From assembly GCF_053078305.1 (NCBI RefSeq), contig NZ_CP166879.1: a stretch of DNA of 64,000 bases; one strand, written 5' to 3'. Of this stretch, positions 29,876 through 42,386 are shown piece after piece; within the stretch, counting starts at the first letter, position 1; every line of letters begins with the position of its first letter. The position numbers were made by a program, and so were the translations under genes. A model generated the notes under the pieces. It saw only the letters and a program-made list of their open reading frames with translations. It searched no databases and was not told the DNA's origin.

Positions 29876-30994
29876 ATGCATAACCAGGCTCCAATTCAAC
29901 GTAGAAAATCAACACGTATTTACGTTGGGAATGTGCCGATTGGCGATGGTGCTCCCATCGCCGTACAGTCCATGACCAATACGCGTACGACAGATGTCGA
30001 AGCAACGGTCAATCAAATCAAGGCGCTGGAACGCGTTGGCGCTGATATCGTCCGTGTCTCCGTACCGACGATGGACGCGGCAGAAGCGTTCAAACTCATC
30101 AAACAGCAGGTTAACGTGCCGCTGGTGGCTGACATCCACTTCGACTATCGCATTGCGCTGAAAGTAGCGGAATACGGTGTCGATTGTCTGCGTATTAACC
30201 CTGGCAATATCGGTAATGAAGAGCGTATTCGCATGGTGGTTGACTGTGCGCGCGATAAAAACATTCCGATCCGTATTGGCGTTAACGCCGGATCGCTGGA
30301 AAAAGATCTGCAAGAAAAGTATGGCGAACCGACGCCGCAGGCGTTGCTGGAATCCGCCATGCGCCATGTTGATCATCTCGATCGCCTGAACTTCGATCAG
30401 TTCAAAGTCAGCGTGAAAGCGTCTGACGTCTTCCTCGCTGTTGAGTCTTATCGTTTGCTGGCAAAACAAATCGATCAGCCGCTGCATCTGGGGATCACCG
30501 AAGCGGGTGGCGCGCGCAGCGGGGCAGTAAAATCCGCCATTGGTTTAGGTCTGCTGCTGTCTGAAGGCATCGGCGACACGCTGCGCGTATCACTGGCGGC
30601 CGATCCGGTCGAAGAGATCAAAGTCGGTTTCGATATTTTGAAATCGCTTCGTATCCGTTCGCGAGGTATCAACTTCATCGCCTGTCCGACCTGTTCGCGT
30701 CAGGAATTTGATGTTATCGGTACAGTTAACGCGCTGGAGCAACGCCTGGAAGATATCATCACTCCGATGGACGTTTCGATTATTGGCTGCGTGGTGAATG
30801 GCCCGGGTGAGGCGCTGGTATCTACACTCGGCGTCACCGGCGGCAACAAGAAAAGCGGTCTCTATGAAGATGGCGTGCGCAAAGACCGTCTGGACAACAA
30901 CGATATGATCGACCAGCTGGAGGCACGCATTCGTGCGAAAGCCAGTCAGCTGGACGAAGCGCGTCGAATTGACGTTCAGCAGGTTGAAAAATAA
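29876..30994 (+). CDS. ispG: HMBPP synthase IspG
   Basis: 372-aa [26 protein letters not shown]. Confidence 0.95.
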
Positions 30995-31104
30995 TAACGT
31001 GATGGGAAGCGCCTCGCTTCCCGTGTATGATTGAACCCGCATGGCTCCCGAAACATTGAGGGAAGCGTTGAGGGTTCATTTTTATATTCAGAAAGAGAAT
31101 AAAC

Positions 31105-32379
31105 GTGGCAAAAAACATTCAAGCCATTCGCGGCATGAACGATTACCTGCCTGGCGAAACGGCCATCTGGCAGCGCATTGAAGGCACACTGAAAAACGTG
31201 CTCGGCAGCTACGGTTACAGTGAAATCCGCTTGCCGATTGTAGAGCAGACCCCGCTATTCAAACGTGCGATTGGTGAAGTCACCGACGTGGTTGAAAAAG
31301 AGATGTACACCTTTGAGGATCGCAATGGCGACAGCCTGACTCTGCGCCCTGAAGGGACGGCGGGCTGTGTACGCGCCGGCATCGAGCATGGTCTTCTGTA
31401 CAATCAGGAACAGCGTCTGTGGTATATCGGGCCGATGTTCCGTCACGAGCGTCCGCAGAAAGGGCGTTATCGTCAGTTCCATCAGTTGGGCTGCGAAGTT
31501 TTCGGTCTGCAAGGTCCGGATATCGACGCTGAACTGATTATGCTCACCGCCCGCTGGTGGCGCGCGCTGGGTATTTCCGAACACGTAACTCTTGAGCTGA
31601 ATTCTATCGGTTCGCTGGAAGCACGCGCCAATTACCGCGATGCGCTGGTGGCATTCCTTGAGCAGCATAAAGAAAAGCTGGACGAAGACTGCAAACGCCG
31701 CATGTACACTAACCCGCTGCGCGTGCTGGATTCAAAAAATCCGGAAGTGCAGGCGCTTCTCAACGACGCTCCGGCATTAGGTGATTATCTGGACGAGGAA
31801 TCTCGTGAGCATTTTGCCGGTCTGTGCAAACTGCTTGAGAGCGCGGGGATCGCTTACACCGTAAACCAGCGTCTGGTGCGTGGTCTGGATTACTACAACC
31901 GTACCGTTTTCGAGTGGGTGACTAACAGTCTCGGCTCCCAGGGCACCGTGTGTGCAGGCGGTCGTTATGACGGTCTTGTGGAACAACTGGGCGGCCGTGC
32001 AACACCGGCTGTCGGTTTTGCGATGGGCCTCGAACGTCTTGTATTGTTAGTACAGGCCGTTAATCCGGAATTTAAAGCCGATCCTGTTGTCGATATATAC
32101 CTGGTGGCTTCAGGTGCTGATACACAATCTGCGGCTATGGCATTAGCTGAGCGTCTGCGTGATGAATTACCGGGCGTGAAATTGATGACCAACCACGGCG
32201 GCGGCAACTTTAAGAAACAGTTTGCCCGTGCTGATAAATGGGGTGCCCGCGTTGCTGTGGTGCTGGGTGAGTCTGAAGTGGCTAACGGCACAGCAGTAGT
32301 GAAGGATTTGCGCTCTGGTGAGCAAACGGCAGTTGCGCAGGATAGCGTAGCCGCGCATTTGCGCACGTTACTGGGTTAA
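31105..32379 (+). CDS. hisS: histidine--tRNA ligase
   Basis: 424-aa class II aaRS ORF. Confidence 0.95.
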
Positions 32380-32396
32380 GGAAGGAGAAGGACAGC

Positions 32397-33017
32397 GTGG
32401 AAATTTACGAGAACGAAAACGACCAGGTAGAAGCGGTTAAACGCTTTTTTGCTGAAAATGGCAAAGCACTGGCTGTTGGGGTGATTTTGGGCGTTGGCGC
32501 ACTGATTGGCTGGCGCTACTGGAACAGCCATCAGGTTGATTCTGCACGCTCCGCTTCTCTTGCCTATCAAAATGCGGTTACCGCAGTGAGCGAAGGCAAA
32601 CCGGATAGCATCCCGGCGGCGGAAAAATTTGCTGCTGAAAATAAAAATACTTATGGTGCGCTGGCTTCTTTGGAACTTGCGCAGCAATTTGTTGACAAAA
32701 ATGAACTAGAGAAAGCTGCCGCCCAGTTACAACAGGGGCTGGCAGACACGAGCGATGAAAATCTCAAAGCCGTGATAAATCTGCGTCTTGCTCGCGTTCA
32801 GGTACAGCTCAAGCAGGCTGATGCCGCGCTGAAAACCCTTGATACCATCAAAGGTGAAGGGTGGGCTGCCATTGTTGCCGACCTGCGTGGTGAAGCATTG
32901 CTGAGCAAAGGTGATAAGCAAGGTGCGCGTAGTGCATGGGAAGCAGGCGTGAAAAGCGATGTTACTCCGGCACTGAGCGAAATGATGCAGATGAAAATTA
33001 ATAATTTGTCCATCTGA
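32397..33017 (+). CDS. yfgM: TPR-like membrane protein YfgM
   Basis: 206-aa ORF with GTG start; synteny between hisS and bamB. Confidence 0.8.
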   Translation: MEIYENENDQVEAVKRFFAENGKALAVGVILGVGALIGWRYWNSHQVDSARSASLAYQNAVTAVSEGKPDSIPAAEKFAAENKNTYGALASLELAQQFVDKNELEKAAAQLQQGLADTSDENLKAVINLRLARVQVQLKQADAALKTLDTIKGEGWAAIVADLRGEALLSKGDKQGARSAWEAGVKSDVTPALSEMMQMKINNLSI

Positions 33018-33027
33018 GAGGGACCCG

Positions 33028-34206
33028 ATGCAATTGCGTAAATTACTGCTGCCAGGACTGCTTTCCGTTACCCTTTTAAGCGGCTGTTCGCTGTTTAACA
33101 GCGAAGAAGATGTGGTAAAGATGTCCCCATTGCCAACCGTTGAAAACCAGTTTACGCCGACCACGGCGTGGAGCACTTCCGTTGGTAGCGGCATTGGCAA
33201 CTTCTATTCCAATCTTCATCCGGCACTGGCGGACAACGTTGTCTATGCAGCGGACCGCGCTGGTTTAGTAAAAGCGCTGAATGCGGATGATGGCAAAGAA
33301 ATCTGGTCTGTCAGCCTGGCCGAGAAAGATGGCTGGTTCTCTAAAGAGCCTGCATTACTTTCTGGCGGTGTGACCGTGTCTGGTGGGCATGTCTACATTG
33401 GCAGCGAAAAGGCGCAGGTTTACGCGCTGAATACCAGCGATGGTACTGTGGCATGGCAAACTAAAGTCGCGGGTGAAGCACTTTCGCGCCCGGTGGTCAG
33501 CGACGGTCTGGTGTTAATCCACACCAGTAACGGTCAGTTACAAGCGCTGAACGAAGCTGACGGCGCTGTCAAATGGACAGTTAACCTCGATATGCCTTCG
33601 CTCTCTTTGCGTGGCGAGTCTGCGCCGGCAACGGCTTTTGGTGCGGCCGTCGTGGGTGGCGATAATGGTCGCGTCAGCGCAGTGCTGATGGAACAGGGCC
33701 AGATGATTTGGCAGCAGCGTATTTCCCAGGCGACCGGTTCTACCGAAATTGACCGTCTGAGCGATGTTGACACGACTCCCGTCGTTGTTAACGGCGTTGT
33801 TTTCGCGCTGGCCTATAATGGTAACCTGACGGCGCTTGATCTGCGCAGTGGTCAGATTATGTGGAAACGCGAACTGGGTTCGGTGAATGATTTCATCGTC
33901 GACGGCAATCGCATCTATCTGGTCGATCAAAATGACCGGGTGATGGCGTTGACCATTGATGGCGGCGTTACGCTGTGGACACAAAGCGATCTGCTGCATC
34001 GCCTGCTGACTTCTCCGGTGCTGTATAATGGCAACCTGGTGGTCGGTGACAGTGAAGGTTATCTGCACTGGATTAACGTCGAAGATGGTCGTTTCGTTGC
34101 CCAGCAAAAAGTTGATAGTTCCGGTTTCCAGACTGAACCGGTTGCCGCTGACGGCAAACTGCTGATCCAGGCAAAAGACGGAACCGTGTACTCTATTACA
34201 CGTTAA
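33028..34206 (+). CDS. bamB: outer membrane protein assembly factor BamB
   Basis: 392-aa lipoprotein (LLSGCS lipobox), PQQ-like beta-propeller repeats. Confidence 0.9.
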   Translation: MQLRKLLLPGLLSVTLLSGCSLFNSEEDVVKMSPLPTVENQFTPTTAWSTSVGSGIGNFYSNLHPALADNVVYAADRAGLVKALNADDGKEIWSVSLAEKDGWFSKEPALLSGGVTVSGGHVYIGSEKAQVYALNTSDGTVAWQTKVAGEALSRPVVSDGLVLIHTSNGQLQALNEADGAVKWTVNLDMPSLSLRGESAPATAFGAAVVGGDNGRVSAVLMEQGQMIWQQRISQATGSTEIDRLSDVDTTPVVVNGVVFALAYNGNLTALDLRSGQIMWKRELGSVNDFIVDGNRIYLVDQNDRVMALTIDGGVTLWTQSDLLHRLLTSPVLYNGNLVVGDSEGYLHWINVEDGRFVAQQKVDSSGFQTEPVAADGKLLIQAKDGTVYSITR

Positions 34207-34323
34207 TCGTCTCTGTCGTTCACTTTGAAAACGGCTCCTGGACAGGGGCCGTTTTCCTGTTTTTAACAACGACGCGAATATAGCGTGCGTTGTCTGATGA
34301 TTTATAAAAATGAGGCTTTAAAC

Positions 34324-35796
34324 ATGGTACCTGTGGTCGCGCTTGTCGGGCGCCCTAACGTAGGAAAATCCACGTTATTTAACCGTCTAACTCGCACCCG
34401 AGATGCGCTGGTTGCGGATTTCCCGGGTCTGACTCGTGACCGTAAGTACGGTCGTGCGGAAATTGAAGGCCGTGAGTTTATCTGTATTGATACCGGCGGG
34501 ATTGATGGCACAGAAGACGGTGTAGAAACCCGCATGGCGGAACAGTCGCTGCTGGCGATTGAAGAAGCGGACGTCGTACTGTTTATGGTGGATGCGCGCG
34601 CGGGCCTGATGCCGGCAGATGAAGCGATTGCCAAACATCTGCGCTCCCGTGAAAAACCGACCTTCCTGGTGGCAAACAAAACTGACGGTCTGGATCCCGA
34701 TCAGGCAGTGGTTGATTTCTACTCGCTTGGTTTAGGTGAAATCTACCCGATCGCCGCGTCTCACGGTCGTGGCGTATTAAGTCTGCTGGAGCATGTGCTA
34801 CTGCCGTGGATGGAAGATCTCGCACCGCAAGAGGAAGTCGACGAAGACGCTGAATACTGGGCGCAATTTGAAGCGGAAGAGAACGGCGAAGAAGAAGAGG
34901 AAGACGACTTCGACCCGCAAAGTCTGCCGATCAAACTGGCGATTGTGGGTCGTCCGAACGTAGGTAAGTCTACACTCACTAACCGTATTCTTGGTGAAGA
35001 GCGCGTTGTTGTTTATGACATGCCTGGTACGACGCGTGACAGTATCTACATTCCAATGGAACGCGATGGACGTGAGTATGTGCTCATTGACACCGCTGGC
35101 GTACGTAAACGCGGCAAAATCACCGATGCTGTAGAGAAATTCTCCGTAATCAAAACGTTGCAGGCCATTGAAGACGCCAACGTGGTGATGTTAGTGATTG
35201 ATGCGCGCGAAGGTATTTCCGATCAGGATCTCTCGCTGCTGGGCTTTATTCTCAATAGTGGGCGCTCACTTGTCATTGTGGTGAATAAGTGGGATGGCCT
35301 GAGTCAGGAAGTGAAAGAGCAGGTGAAAGAAACGCTGGACTTCCGTCTGGGCTTTATCGATTTTGCTCGTGTGCACTTTATCTCTGCCTTGCACGGCAGT
35401 GGTGTTGGTAACTTGTTTGAATCAGTACGTGAAGCGTATGACAGCTCCACCCGTCGTGTGGGGACCTCTATGCTGACGCGCATCATGACGATGGCTGTTG
35501 AAGATCACCAACCGCCGCTGGTACGCGGTCGTCGTGTGAAGCTGAAATATGCACACGCCGGTGGTTATAATCCGCCGATTGTGGTGATTCACGGTAATCA
35601 GGTGAAAGACCTGCCTGATTCCTACAAGCGTTACTTGATGAACTACTTCCGCAAATCGCTGGACGTAATGGGATCGCCGATTCGTATTCAGTTCAAAGAA
35701 GGGGAAAACCCGTATGCGAACAAGCGTAACACCCTGACGCCAACCCAGATGCGTAAACGTAAGCGTCTGATGAAGCACATCAAGAAAAATAAATAA
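34324..35796 (+). CDS. der: ribosome-associated GTPase Der (EngA)
   Basis: ORF track 34285..35796; recognised start [16 protein letters not shown]; two GKS P-loops; 490 aa. Confidence 0.9.
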
Positions 35797-35864
35797 TTAT
35801 CCGTAAGTATTTTATCTGCCATTCCCTCTATGAATGTAGAGGGGTGGCTACCGGAGGAATTCAT

Positions 35865-37477
<1,613 letters not shown>

Positions 37478-37559
37478 TTATTCAGTCGATAGTAACCCGC
37501 CCTTCGGGGATAGCAAGCATTTTTTGCAAAAAGGGGTAGATGCAATCGGTTACGCTCTG

Positions 37560-37565
37560 TATAAT
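37560..37565 (+). promoter_or_regulatory. guaB promoter -10 hexamer
   Basis: perfect TATAAT 44 bp upstream of guaB ATG; -35 not resolved. Confidence 0.4.
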
Positions 37566-37608
37566 GCCGCGGCAATATTTATTAACCACTCTGGTCGAGA
37601 TATTGCCC

Positions 37609-39075
37609 ATGCTACGTATCGCTAAAGAAGCTCTGACGTTTGACGACGTTCTCCTCGTTCCTGCTCATTCTACTGTTCTGCCGAATACTGCTGACCTCAG
37701 CACCCAGCTGACGAAAACTATTCGTCTGAATATCCCTATGCTTTCCGCAGCAATGGATACCGTAACGGAAGCGCGCCTGGCTATTGCTCTGGCTCAGGAA
37801 GGCGGTATCGGCTTTATCCACAAAAACATGTCCATTGAACGCCAGGCAGAAGAAGTTCGCCGTGTGAAAAAACACGAATCTGGCGTGGTGACTGATCCGC
37901 AGACTGTTCTGCCAACCACGACGCTGCGCGAAGTGAAAGAACTGACCGAGCGTAACGGTTTTGCGGGCTATCCGGTCGTTACCGAAGAAAACGAACTGGT
38001 GGGTATTATCACCGGTCGTGACGTGCGTTTTGTTACCGACCTGAACCAGCCGGTTAGCGTTTACATGACGCCGAAAGAGCGTCTGGTCACCGTGCGTGAA
38101 GGTGAAGCCCGTGAAGTGGTGCTGGCAAAAATGCACGAAAAACGCGTTGAAAAAGCGCTGGTGGTTGATGACGAATTCCACCTGATCGGCATGATCACCG
38201 TGAAAGATTTCCAGAAAGCGGAACGTAAACCGAACGCCTGTAAAGACGAGCAAGGCCGTCTGCGTGTTGGTGCTGCAGTTGGCGCAGGTGCGGGTAACGA
38301 AGAGCGTGTTGACGCGCTGGTTGCCGCTGGCGTTGACGTTCTGCTGATCGACTCCTCCCACGGTCACTCAGAAGGCGTTTTGCAGCGTATCCGTGAAACC
38401 CGTGCTAAATATCCGGATCTGCAAATCATCGGCGGCAACGTGGCAACAGCTGCAGGTGCACGCGCTCTGGCAGAAGCTGGTTGCAGCGCGGTTAAAGTCG
38501 GTATCGGCCCTGGTTCTATCTGTACGACTCGTATCGTTACTGGCGTAGGTGTTCCGCAGATCACTGCCGTTGCTGACGCAGTTGAAGCCCTGGAAGGCAC
38601 CGGTATTCCGGTTATCGCAGATGGTGGTATTCGCTTCTCCGGCGACATCGCCAAAGCTATCGCCGCTGGCGCAAGCGCGGTGATGGTAGGTTCCATGCTG
38701 GCGGGTACTGAAGAATCTCCGGGTGAAATCGAACTCTACCAGGGCCGTTCTTACAAATCTTACCGTGGTATGGGTTCCCTGGGCGCGATGTCCAAAGGTT
38801 CCTCTGACCGTTATTTCCAGAGCGATAACGCTGCCGACAAACTGGTGCCGGAAGGTATCGAAGGTCGCGTAGCTTATAAAGGTCGCCTGAAAGAGATCAT
38901 TCACCAGCAGATGGGCGGCCTGCGCTCCTGTATGGGTTTGACCGGCTGTGGTACTATCGACGAACTGCGTACTAAAGCGGAGTTTGTACGTATCAGCGGT
39001 GCGGGCATTCAGGAAAGCCACGTTCACGACGTGACCATTACTAAAGAGTCCCCGAACTACCGTCTGGGCTCCTGA
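37609..39075 (+). CDS. guaB: IMP dehydrogenase GuaB
   Basis: ORF track 37540..39075; recognised start [21 protein letters not shown]; 488 aa. Confidence 0.95.
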
Positions 39076-39081
39076 TTCTCT

Positions 39082-39110
39082 TCGCCCGACTTCATGTCGG
39101 GCGATTTATA
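39082..39110 (+). terminator. intercistronic hairpin between guaB and guaA
   Basis: TCGCCCGAC-TTCAT-GTCGGGCGA followed by TTTAT; probably partial terminator/processing site within guaBA operon. Confidence 0.35.
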
Positions 39111-39143
39111 TTATCTGTTTCACTTGCCTCGGAATAAGCGTCA

Positions 39144-40721
39144 ATGACGGAAAACATTCATAAGCATCGCATCCTCATTCTGGACTTCGGTTCTCAGTAC
39201 ACTCAACTGGTTGCGCGCCGCGTGCGTGAGCTGGGTGTTTACTGCGAACTGTGGGCGTGGGATGTGACAGAAGCACAAATTCGTGACTTCAATCCAAGCG
39301 GCATTATTCTTTCCGGCGGCCCGGAAAGTACTACTGAAGAAAACAGTCCGCGTGCGCCGCAGTATGTCTTTGAAGCAGGCGTACCGGTATTCGGCGTTTG
39401 CTATGGCATGCAGACCATGGCAATGCAGTTGGGCGGTCACGTTGAAGCCTCTAACGAACGTGAATTTGGCTACGCGCAGGTTGAAGTCGTAAACGACAGC
39501 GCACTGGTTCGCGGTATCGAAGATGCGCTGACCGCAGACGGTAAACCGCTGCTCGATGTCTGGATGAGCCACGGCGATAAAGTTACCGCTATCCCGTCCG
39601 ACTTCGTCACCGTAGCCAGCACCGAAAGCTGCCCGTTTGCCATTATGGCTAACGAAGAAAAACGCTTCTATGGCGTACAGTTCCACCCGGAAGTGACTCA
39701 CACCCGCCAGGGTATGCGCATGCTGGAGCGTTTTGTGCGTGATATCTGCCAGTGTGAAGCCCTGTGGACGCCAGCGAAAATTATCGACGATGCTGTAGCT
39801 CGCATCCGCGAGCAGGTAGGCGACGATAAAGTCATCCTCGGCCTCTCTGGTGGTGTGGATTCCTCCGTAACCGCAATGCTGCTGCACCGCGCTATCGGTA
39901 AAAACCTGACTTGCGTATTCGTCGACAACGGCCTGCTGCGTCTCAACGAAGCAGAGCAGGTTCTGGATATGTTTGGCGATCACTTTGGTCTTAACATTGT
40001 TCACGTACCGGCAGAAGATCGCTTCCTGTCAGCGCTGGCTGGCGAAAACGATCCGGAAGCAAAACGTAAAATCATCGGTCGCGTTTTCGTTGAAGTATTC
40101 GATGAAGAAGCGCTGAAACTGGAAGACGTGAAGTGGCTGGCACAGGGCACCATCTACCCTGACGTTATCGAATCTGCGGCGTCTGCAACCGGTAAAGCAC
40201 ACGTCATCAAATCTCACCACAACGTGGGCGGCCTGCCGAAAGAGATGAAGATGGGCCTGGTTGAACCGCTGAAAGAGCTGTTCAAAGACGAAGTGCGTAA
40301 GATTGGTCTGGAGCTGGGTCTACCGTACGACATGCTGTACCGTCACCCGTTCCCGGGACCAGGCCTTGGCGTTCGTGTTCTGGGTGAAGTGAAGAAAGAG
40401 TACTGTGACCTGCTGCGCCGTGCTGACGCCATCTTCATTGAAGAACTGCGTAAAGCGGATCTGTACGACAAAGTCAGCCAGGCGTTCACCGTCTTCCTGC
40501 CAGTACGTTCCGTTGGCGTAATGGGCGATGGTCGTAAGTATGACTGGGTTGTCTCTCTGCGTGCTGTCGAAACCATCGACTTTATGACCGCACACTGGGC
40601 GCATCTGCCGTACGATTTCCTCGGTCGCGTTTCCAACCGCATTATCAATGAAGTGAACGGTATTTCCCGCGTGGTGTATGACATCAGCGGCAAGCCGCCA
40701 GCTACCATTGAGTGGGAGTGA
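39144..40721 (+). CDS. guaA: GMP synthase (glutamine-hydrolysing) GuaA
   Basis: 525-aa ORF, GATase and ATP-PPase (SGGVDSSV) motifs. Confidence 0.95.
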   Translation: MTENIHKHRILILDFGSQYTQLVARRVRELGVYCELWAWDVTEAQIRDFNPSGIILSGGPESTTEENSPRAPQYVFEAGVPVFGVCYGMQTMAMQLGGHVEASNEREFGYAQVEVVNDSALVRGIEDALTADGKPLLDVWMSHGDKVTAIPSDFVTVASTESCPFAIMANEEKRFYGVQFHPEVTHTRQGMRMLERFVRDICQCEALWTPAKIIDDAVARIREQVGDDKVILGLSGGVDSSVTAMLLHRAIGKNLTCVFVDNGLLRLNEAEQVLDMFGDHFGLNIVHVPAEDRFLSALAGENDPEAKRKIIGRVFVEVFDEEALKLEDVKWLAQGTIYPDVIESAASATGKAHVIKSHHNVGGLPKEMKMGLVEPLKELFKDEVRKIGLELGLPYDMLYRHPFPGPGLGVRVLGEVKKEYCDLLRRADAIFIEELRKADLYDKVSQAFTVFLPVRSVGVMGDGRKYDWVVSLRAVETIDFMTAHWAHLPYDFLGRVSNRIINEVNGISRVVYDISGKPPATIEWE

Positions 40722-40760
40722 GGCTATTATTTAAACTATTGTTTTATTTGATTTAGTGAG

Positions 40761-40800
40761 TGCCATTGATGATATTGACTGCATTATCAATGGCATTTTT
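40761..40800 (+). terminator. guaA terminator
   Basis: imperfect stem TGCCATTGATGAT / ATTATCAATGGCA followed by ATTTTT. Confidence 0.5.
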
Positions 40801-41105
40801 CATGGTATAAGGCCGACGCTGAATCGAAGATATAGCAAATACCATGTGACTGTATCAGCAAATGCCATGGTATCGACAACCGGGGGCATTGCAGCGCTGT
40901 GCTGATGCCATCGATGCCCGCTTTTAGTCAGAACACTCTCTCGACCCAAGCCTCCAGATCCTTAAATATGCGCCAGAGGAGCACCTCGTGATCGAAATTA
41001 TGAACAAGACAGCCGCCGCTCGGAATCGAAGTCTCCATATGGGTGAATAAGGTTTGCGGAAAACACGCTGAGAAAATAGAAAAGCGTCAATGAAGGGACA
41101 TAGCA

Positions 41106-42386
41106 ATGGCGATTAACGGAGTGGACGGTGTTAGCGCAGTCACCGTGGATGAACTACTCAAGCAAGGCCTTCGGATACCGAACTATCAACGCCCATACAG
41201 TTGGGAAGTATCGACCGCTCTACAACTGGTGGATGATCTCAGCGAAGCTCTTCGAGATACCGAAAGAAAAGATATTCCCTATGTTTTGGGTGCAATCATT
41301 CTTCACGATGATGGTGAGTATCTCAATGTAGTCGACGGACAGCAACGTCTGCTGACTTTGCGAATGATTCTTGCGGCCTTAGATCCGATAAATCACCAAA
41401 TTTCGGTGTCTGGTAACAGAGAAACCTCTGTCTCCCTGGTTTGGATAGAGCTTCAAAGGCGCCTGTCGCAGTTGGAAGATAAAAAAGAATTTTTGGATTT
41501 TATCTGTCACAAATGTCAGTTGGTGCGTATTGTGACGGACGATATTGATGAGGCATTCCGTGTCTTTGATTCCCAGAACTATCGCGGCAAACCGCTTGCC
41601 CCTCATGACTTGCTCAAAGCACACCACCTGCGCGAAATGCACGATGAGTCCGCTGCTATGAAAGTGGCTGTCGTTGAGGCTTGGGAAGCCGTAAATGATG
41701 AGGATCTGGACAGGCTTTTTTCTACTTTTTTATACCGGATATCCAAGTGGTCACGAGGAGAAAGCTCGCTCGAATTTGCTATTCGGGACATCGGTATGTT
41801 CAAGGGAATTTCATCACGATCCCACAGATCATTTTCGCCAAATCTGCGATATCACCTTGCAGCACAAGCCGCTATGCCACTTCTAAGTGCATGGGCGGTG
41901 TCCTCGACACATGATGCTCGAAATGCCGGGCGCAGCCGCTTTCAGCTTGATGCCCCGATAATCGCTGGGCGCTCATTTTTCGAGATGGTGGCATTCATGC
42001 TTGACGAATTGAAGATACTGGAAAAAGAGGTTATCGACAAAGGTTTCAAAAACTTTGGCCCATCTCAAAGTCGCTACCGCTACGTGTACGAATTGTTCAT
42101 TGCCGCTCTGCTTTGCTATACAAACAAGTTTGGCGATGAAGATGTGGATGAAGTGCGAAATAGGTTATTCGCATGGGCATATGCCTTGCGGGTCGAGTTA
42201 CTTCGTGTGCAATTTGTATCTGCTGACAACCGAGCTCGAGGTAAAAACGATGCAAATAAATCGCCTTTTGTTTTGCTACGCAACGCGATGACTGGAAGTG
42301 TTGTCCGCAAACTTCCAATAGCAAGTCAGCCATACAACGATAACCACGAAAAGGAACTCATTGCTTTTATCAAGGGGCTGCAATGA
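41106..42386 (+). CDS. DUF262-like (ParB/Srx-fold, GmrS-like) protein without nuclease domain; first gene of accessory two-gene cassette
   Basis: 426 aa; N-terminal IPNYQRPYSW and DGQQRL motifs at ~aa 25-80, later FDSQNYRGKPL motif; SD AAGGGA upstream; stop overlaps next start. Confidence 0.8.
   Translation: MAINGVDGVSAVTVDELLKQGLRIPNYQRPYSWEVSTALQLVDDLSEALRDTERKDIPYVLGAIILHDDGEYLNVVDGQQRLLTLRMILAALDPINHQISVSGNRETSVSLVWIELQRRLSQLEDKKEFLDFICHKCQLVRIVTDDIDEAFRVFDSQNYRGKPLAPHDLLKAHHLREMHDESAAMKVAVVEAWEAVNDEDLDRLFSTFLYRISKWSRGESSLEFAIRDIGMFKGISSRSHRSFSPNLRYHLAAQAAMPLLSAWAVSSTHDARNAGRSRFQLDAPIIAGRSFFEMVAFMLDELKILEKEVIDKGFKNFGPSQSRYRYVYELFIAALLCYTNKFGDEDVDEVRNRLFAWAYALRVELLRVQFVSADNRARGKNDANKSPFVLLRNAMTGSVVRKLPIASQPYNDNHEKELIAFIKGLQ

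Noticed and set aside
33538-34269. 243-aa minus-strand ORF inside bamB
   Set aside because: Antisense shadow ORF
37612-39027. Two long minus-strand ORFs (251 and 219 aa) inside guaB, and a 287-aa one inside guaA (39141..40004)
   Set aside because: Antisense shadow ORFs typical of GC-biased coding regions; they overlap essential, well-recognised genes
40761-40800. Inverted repeat TGCCATTGAT...ATCAATGGCA considered as a possible transposon terminal inverted repeat marking the island edge
   Set aside because: It is a single hairpin followed by a T-run immediately after guaA, so it is better explained as the guaA rho-independent terminator; no matching repeat at the other island end
40924-41106. 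60-aa minus-strand ORF in the left flank of the DUF262 island
   Set aside because: No SD, overlaps the predicted promoter/SD of the first island gene, short and unremarkable
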